DNA of 64,000 nt from Takakia lepidozioides (Eukaryota; Plantae; Bryophyta). The position numbers and the translations under genes are program-made. This document shows, piece by piece, positions 62,518 to 64,000 of the stretch. The DNA is taken from the NCBI GenBank assembly GCA_030704615.1, contig CM060735.1, positions 1 to 64,000 of the forward strand. The letters are read 5' to 3'. Every line of letters begins with the position of its first letter. The stretch's first letter is position 1. The notes beneath the pieces are model-generated. The model had not been told where the DNA came from, searched no databases, and saw only the letters and a list, made by a program, of their open reading frames with translations.

Positions 62518-62551
62518 TTGGTACTTGCAAAGCTAACCTTTATTCTATTGA

Positions 62552-62851
62552 CTACCAACACGATTTGTTTACGCCTATTAAAGAACCTTTAGATGCTAAT
62601 TCACGAGAAACTATACGAGAAACGCGAAATAACTTATATACGGGACGAGGGCGACCTGTGAAAATACATCGGTTTCTTACTCGTGTTTTGGAACCATTTC
62701 TTGGCAACTTAGACGACTTTAAAAAATATTCATAACGTATCTGATTAGGAAGGTTTTTATGCCGAGGAATGGCTTTACATTGCATTCGCTCCAATTCATA
62801 TTTAGCCACAAGCAATCTACGTGTGTGATCTCGTATAATTTGATTTGACGT
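62552..62851 (-). CDS. rps14: ribosomal protein S14; ACG start
   Basis: (M)SNQIIRDHTRRLLVAKYE, KLPRNGSKTRVRNRCIFTGRPR and GVNKSCW. Confidence 0.95.
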   Translation of the reverse strand, partial: TSNQIIRDHTRRLLVAKYELERMQCKAIPRHKNLPNQIRYEYFLKSSKLPRNGSKTRVRNRCIFTGRPRPVYKLFRVSRIVSRELASKGSLIGVNKSCW

Positions 62852-62855
62852 ATGA

Positions 62856-63416
62856 CTAAACCTCTTTTTGCAAAAAGCCACTCCACGAAATGAAAGTCTC
62901 ATCTTGTGTGTTGGCTGGAGTAACAATAGTTACATCGAACCCTCGAATATGCTCAAAAATCTCGAAATGATTTTGTATTTCCGGAAATGATCGTAACAAC
63001 GACGTCGCCATTGATGATTGAATGGGGTTTTTTTGTATTTTGACTGGGTAATCGTAAAAAGATATTATCGTAACAAGTTTTTCCGAAAAATTATACATGG
63101 TATACCCTCGTAGAGTGCTTCGTGCTAGGTAAGTGACATATCCTGTGTCTCTCTTTGACTCTCGATTTAGTACAAATTTATTGAATCGAAACGACTTTCC
63201 TGTCGAATCTCTACTTCGTGTCTGTATTAATTTTTGACCACAAACAATCTCCATAGCTAATTTTACATTTTCTATTAAATCAGAGGGTGCCTTTGGAACT
63301 ACTATTATTTTACACAATCTAGGAACTTCCATAATGTTGGCATAATTGAGTTTTAACAACAAATCTTGACGTAATGAATTTTCGTAATGAAAACGGAGTC
63401 TATTTGGAGTGAACAT
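62856..63416 (-). CDS. rpl5: ribosomal protein L5
   Basis: [29 protein letters not shown] and [10 protein letters not shown]. Confidence 0.95.
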   Translation of the reverse strand: MFTPNRLRFHYENSLRQDLLLKLNYANIMEVPRLCKIIVVPKAPSDLIENVKLAMEIVCGQKLIQTRSRDSTGKSFRFNKFVLNRESKRDTGYVTYLARSTLRGYTMYNFSEKLVTIISFYDYPVKIQKNPIQSSMATSLLRSFPEIQNHFEIFEHIRGFDVTIVTPANTQDETFISWSGFLQKEV

Positions 63417-64000
63417 AAGTTGGCTGTGTTTTTTGTATTTTAAGTGAAAACTAATATAAGCACTGTTCACTAGCTGCTTCACGAATAGTGGACTGTTATG
63501 CGCTCTGTTTACGTAGTAAACGGAAGAGCGTAACAGGACGTAGTAGCCAGCTCTTGATTTGCTTCGCGCCCCGAGAAAGCGGAAAAAAATATTTTTTAAC
63601 TTTATCGCAGCAAATATTTTGAATTTTAGCCCGGAAGCCTTGGCGCTTCACCTGGGGATCTTCGACCCCAGCGCCATGCGCTCGATTATATTCGTCCCTA
63701 AACGGAAAAGCTCAGAAAAGAGATGATTGATTCTCTTCTCCGTTTACCCACTTACTTCTCTCCCGACGGGCCGGGCCTGGCAAAGCACATGGGAGCAGGA
63801 AAAGCGCTGTGTGGGACAATGAAACCCGTTGCGCAGTTTCATCTCTCCCACGGTTCACCTGGGAGGTTGCGAACGAAGTGGTCTTGGACCCAAGGCCTTC
63901 GGCCTCAACGCTTTTTTTTTCCTTCCACGCATCTTCTCAGGCTAAAACCACTTCATTCGCATTGCGAATAAATTGTAAGTTGCGCCCTTTTTTCTTCGTT

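Noticed and set aside
63500-64000. 3' end of rpl16 expected upstream of rpl5
   Set aside because: No Rpl16-like translation is visible inside the window.

Overview
This is a 64-kb segment of a land-plant mitochondrial genome with bryophyte gene order: rrn5-trnfM-rrn18, trnP-sdh3-sdh4-nad4L, tatC, rps4, ccmFC-ccmFN-ccmC-ccmB-rps2, rps1-atp8-atp4-cox1, atp9 and rpl5-rps14-rps8-rpl6-rps13-rps11, plus 12 tRNAs. The intron set is moss-type (sdh3i100, nad4Li283, ccmFCi829, atp9i21/87/95, cox1i323/511/624/732/1064/1200 and an rrn18 group I intron). Predicted C-to-U editing is very heavy, with 9 ACG starts and about 5 CGA/CAA stops, and intact genes have no in-frame stops. Together these point to an early-diverging moss, and Takakia is my best inference (unverified). 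The most unusual items are: (1) a complete 2.2-kb RT-bearing group II intron at position 29 of a pseudogenised rps8, followed by two more pseudogenes (rpl6, rps13); (2) an apparently complete group II intron outside any gene, in the trnfM-rrn5 spacer; (3) a tRNA-like t-element abutting the rrn18 5' end; (4) a family of tiny palindromic GC-arm/A-(TA)n-T elements found in spacers, introns and coding frames; (5) a 28-bp-arm hairpin inserted in frame in ccmFC. Intron names are derived from insertion positions I counted. No database searches were run, so novelty claims are untested.
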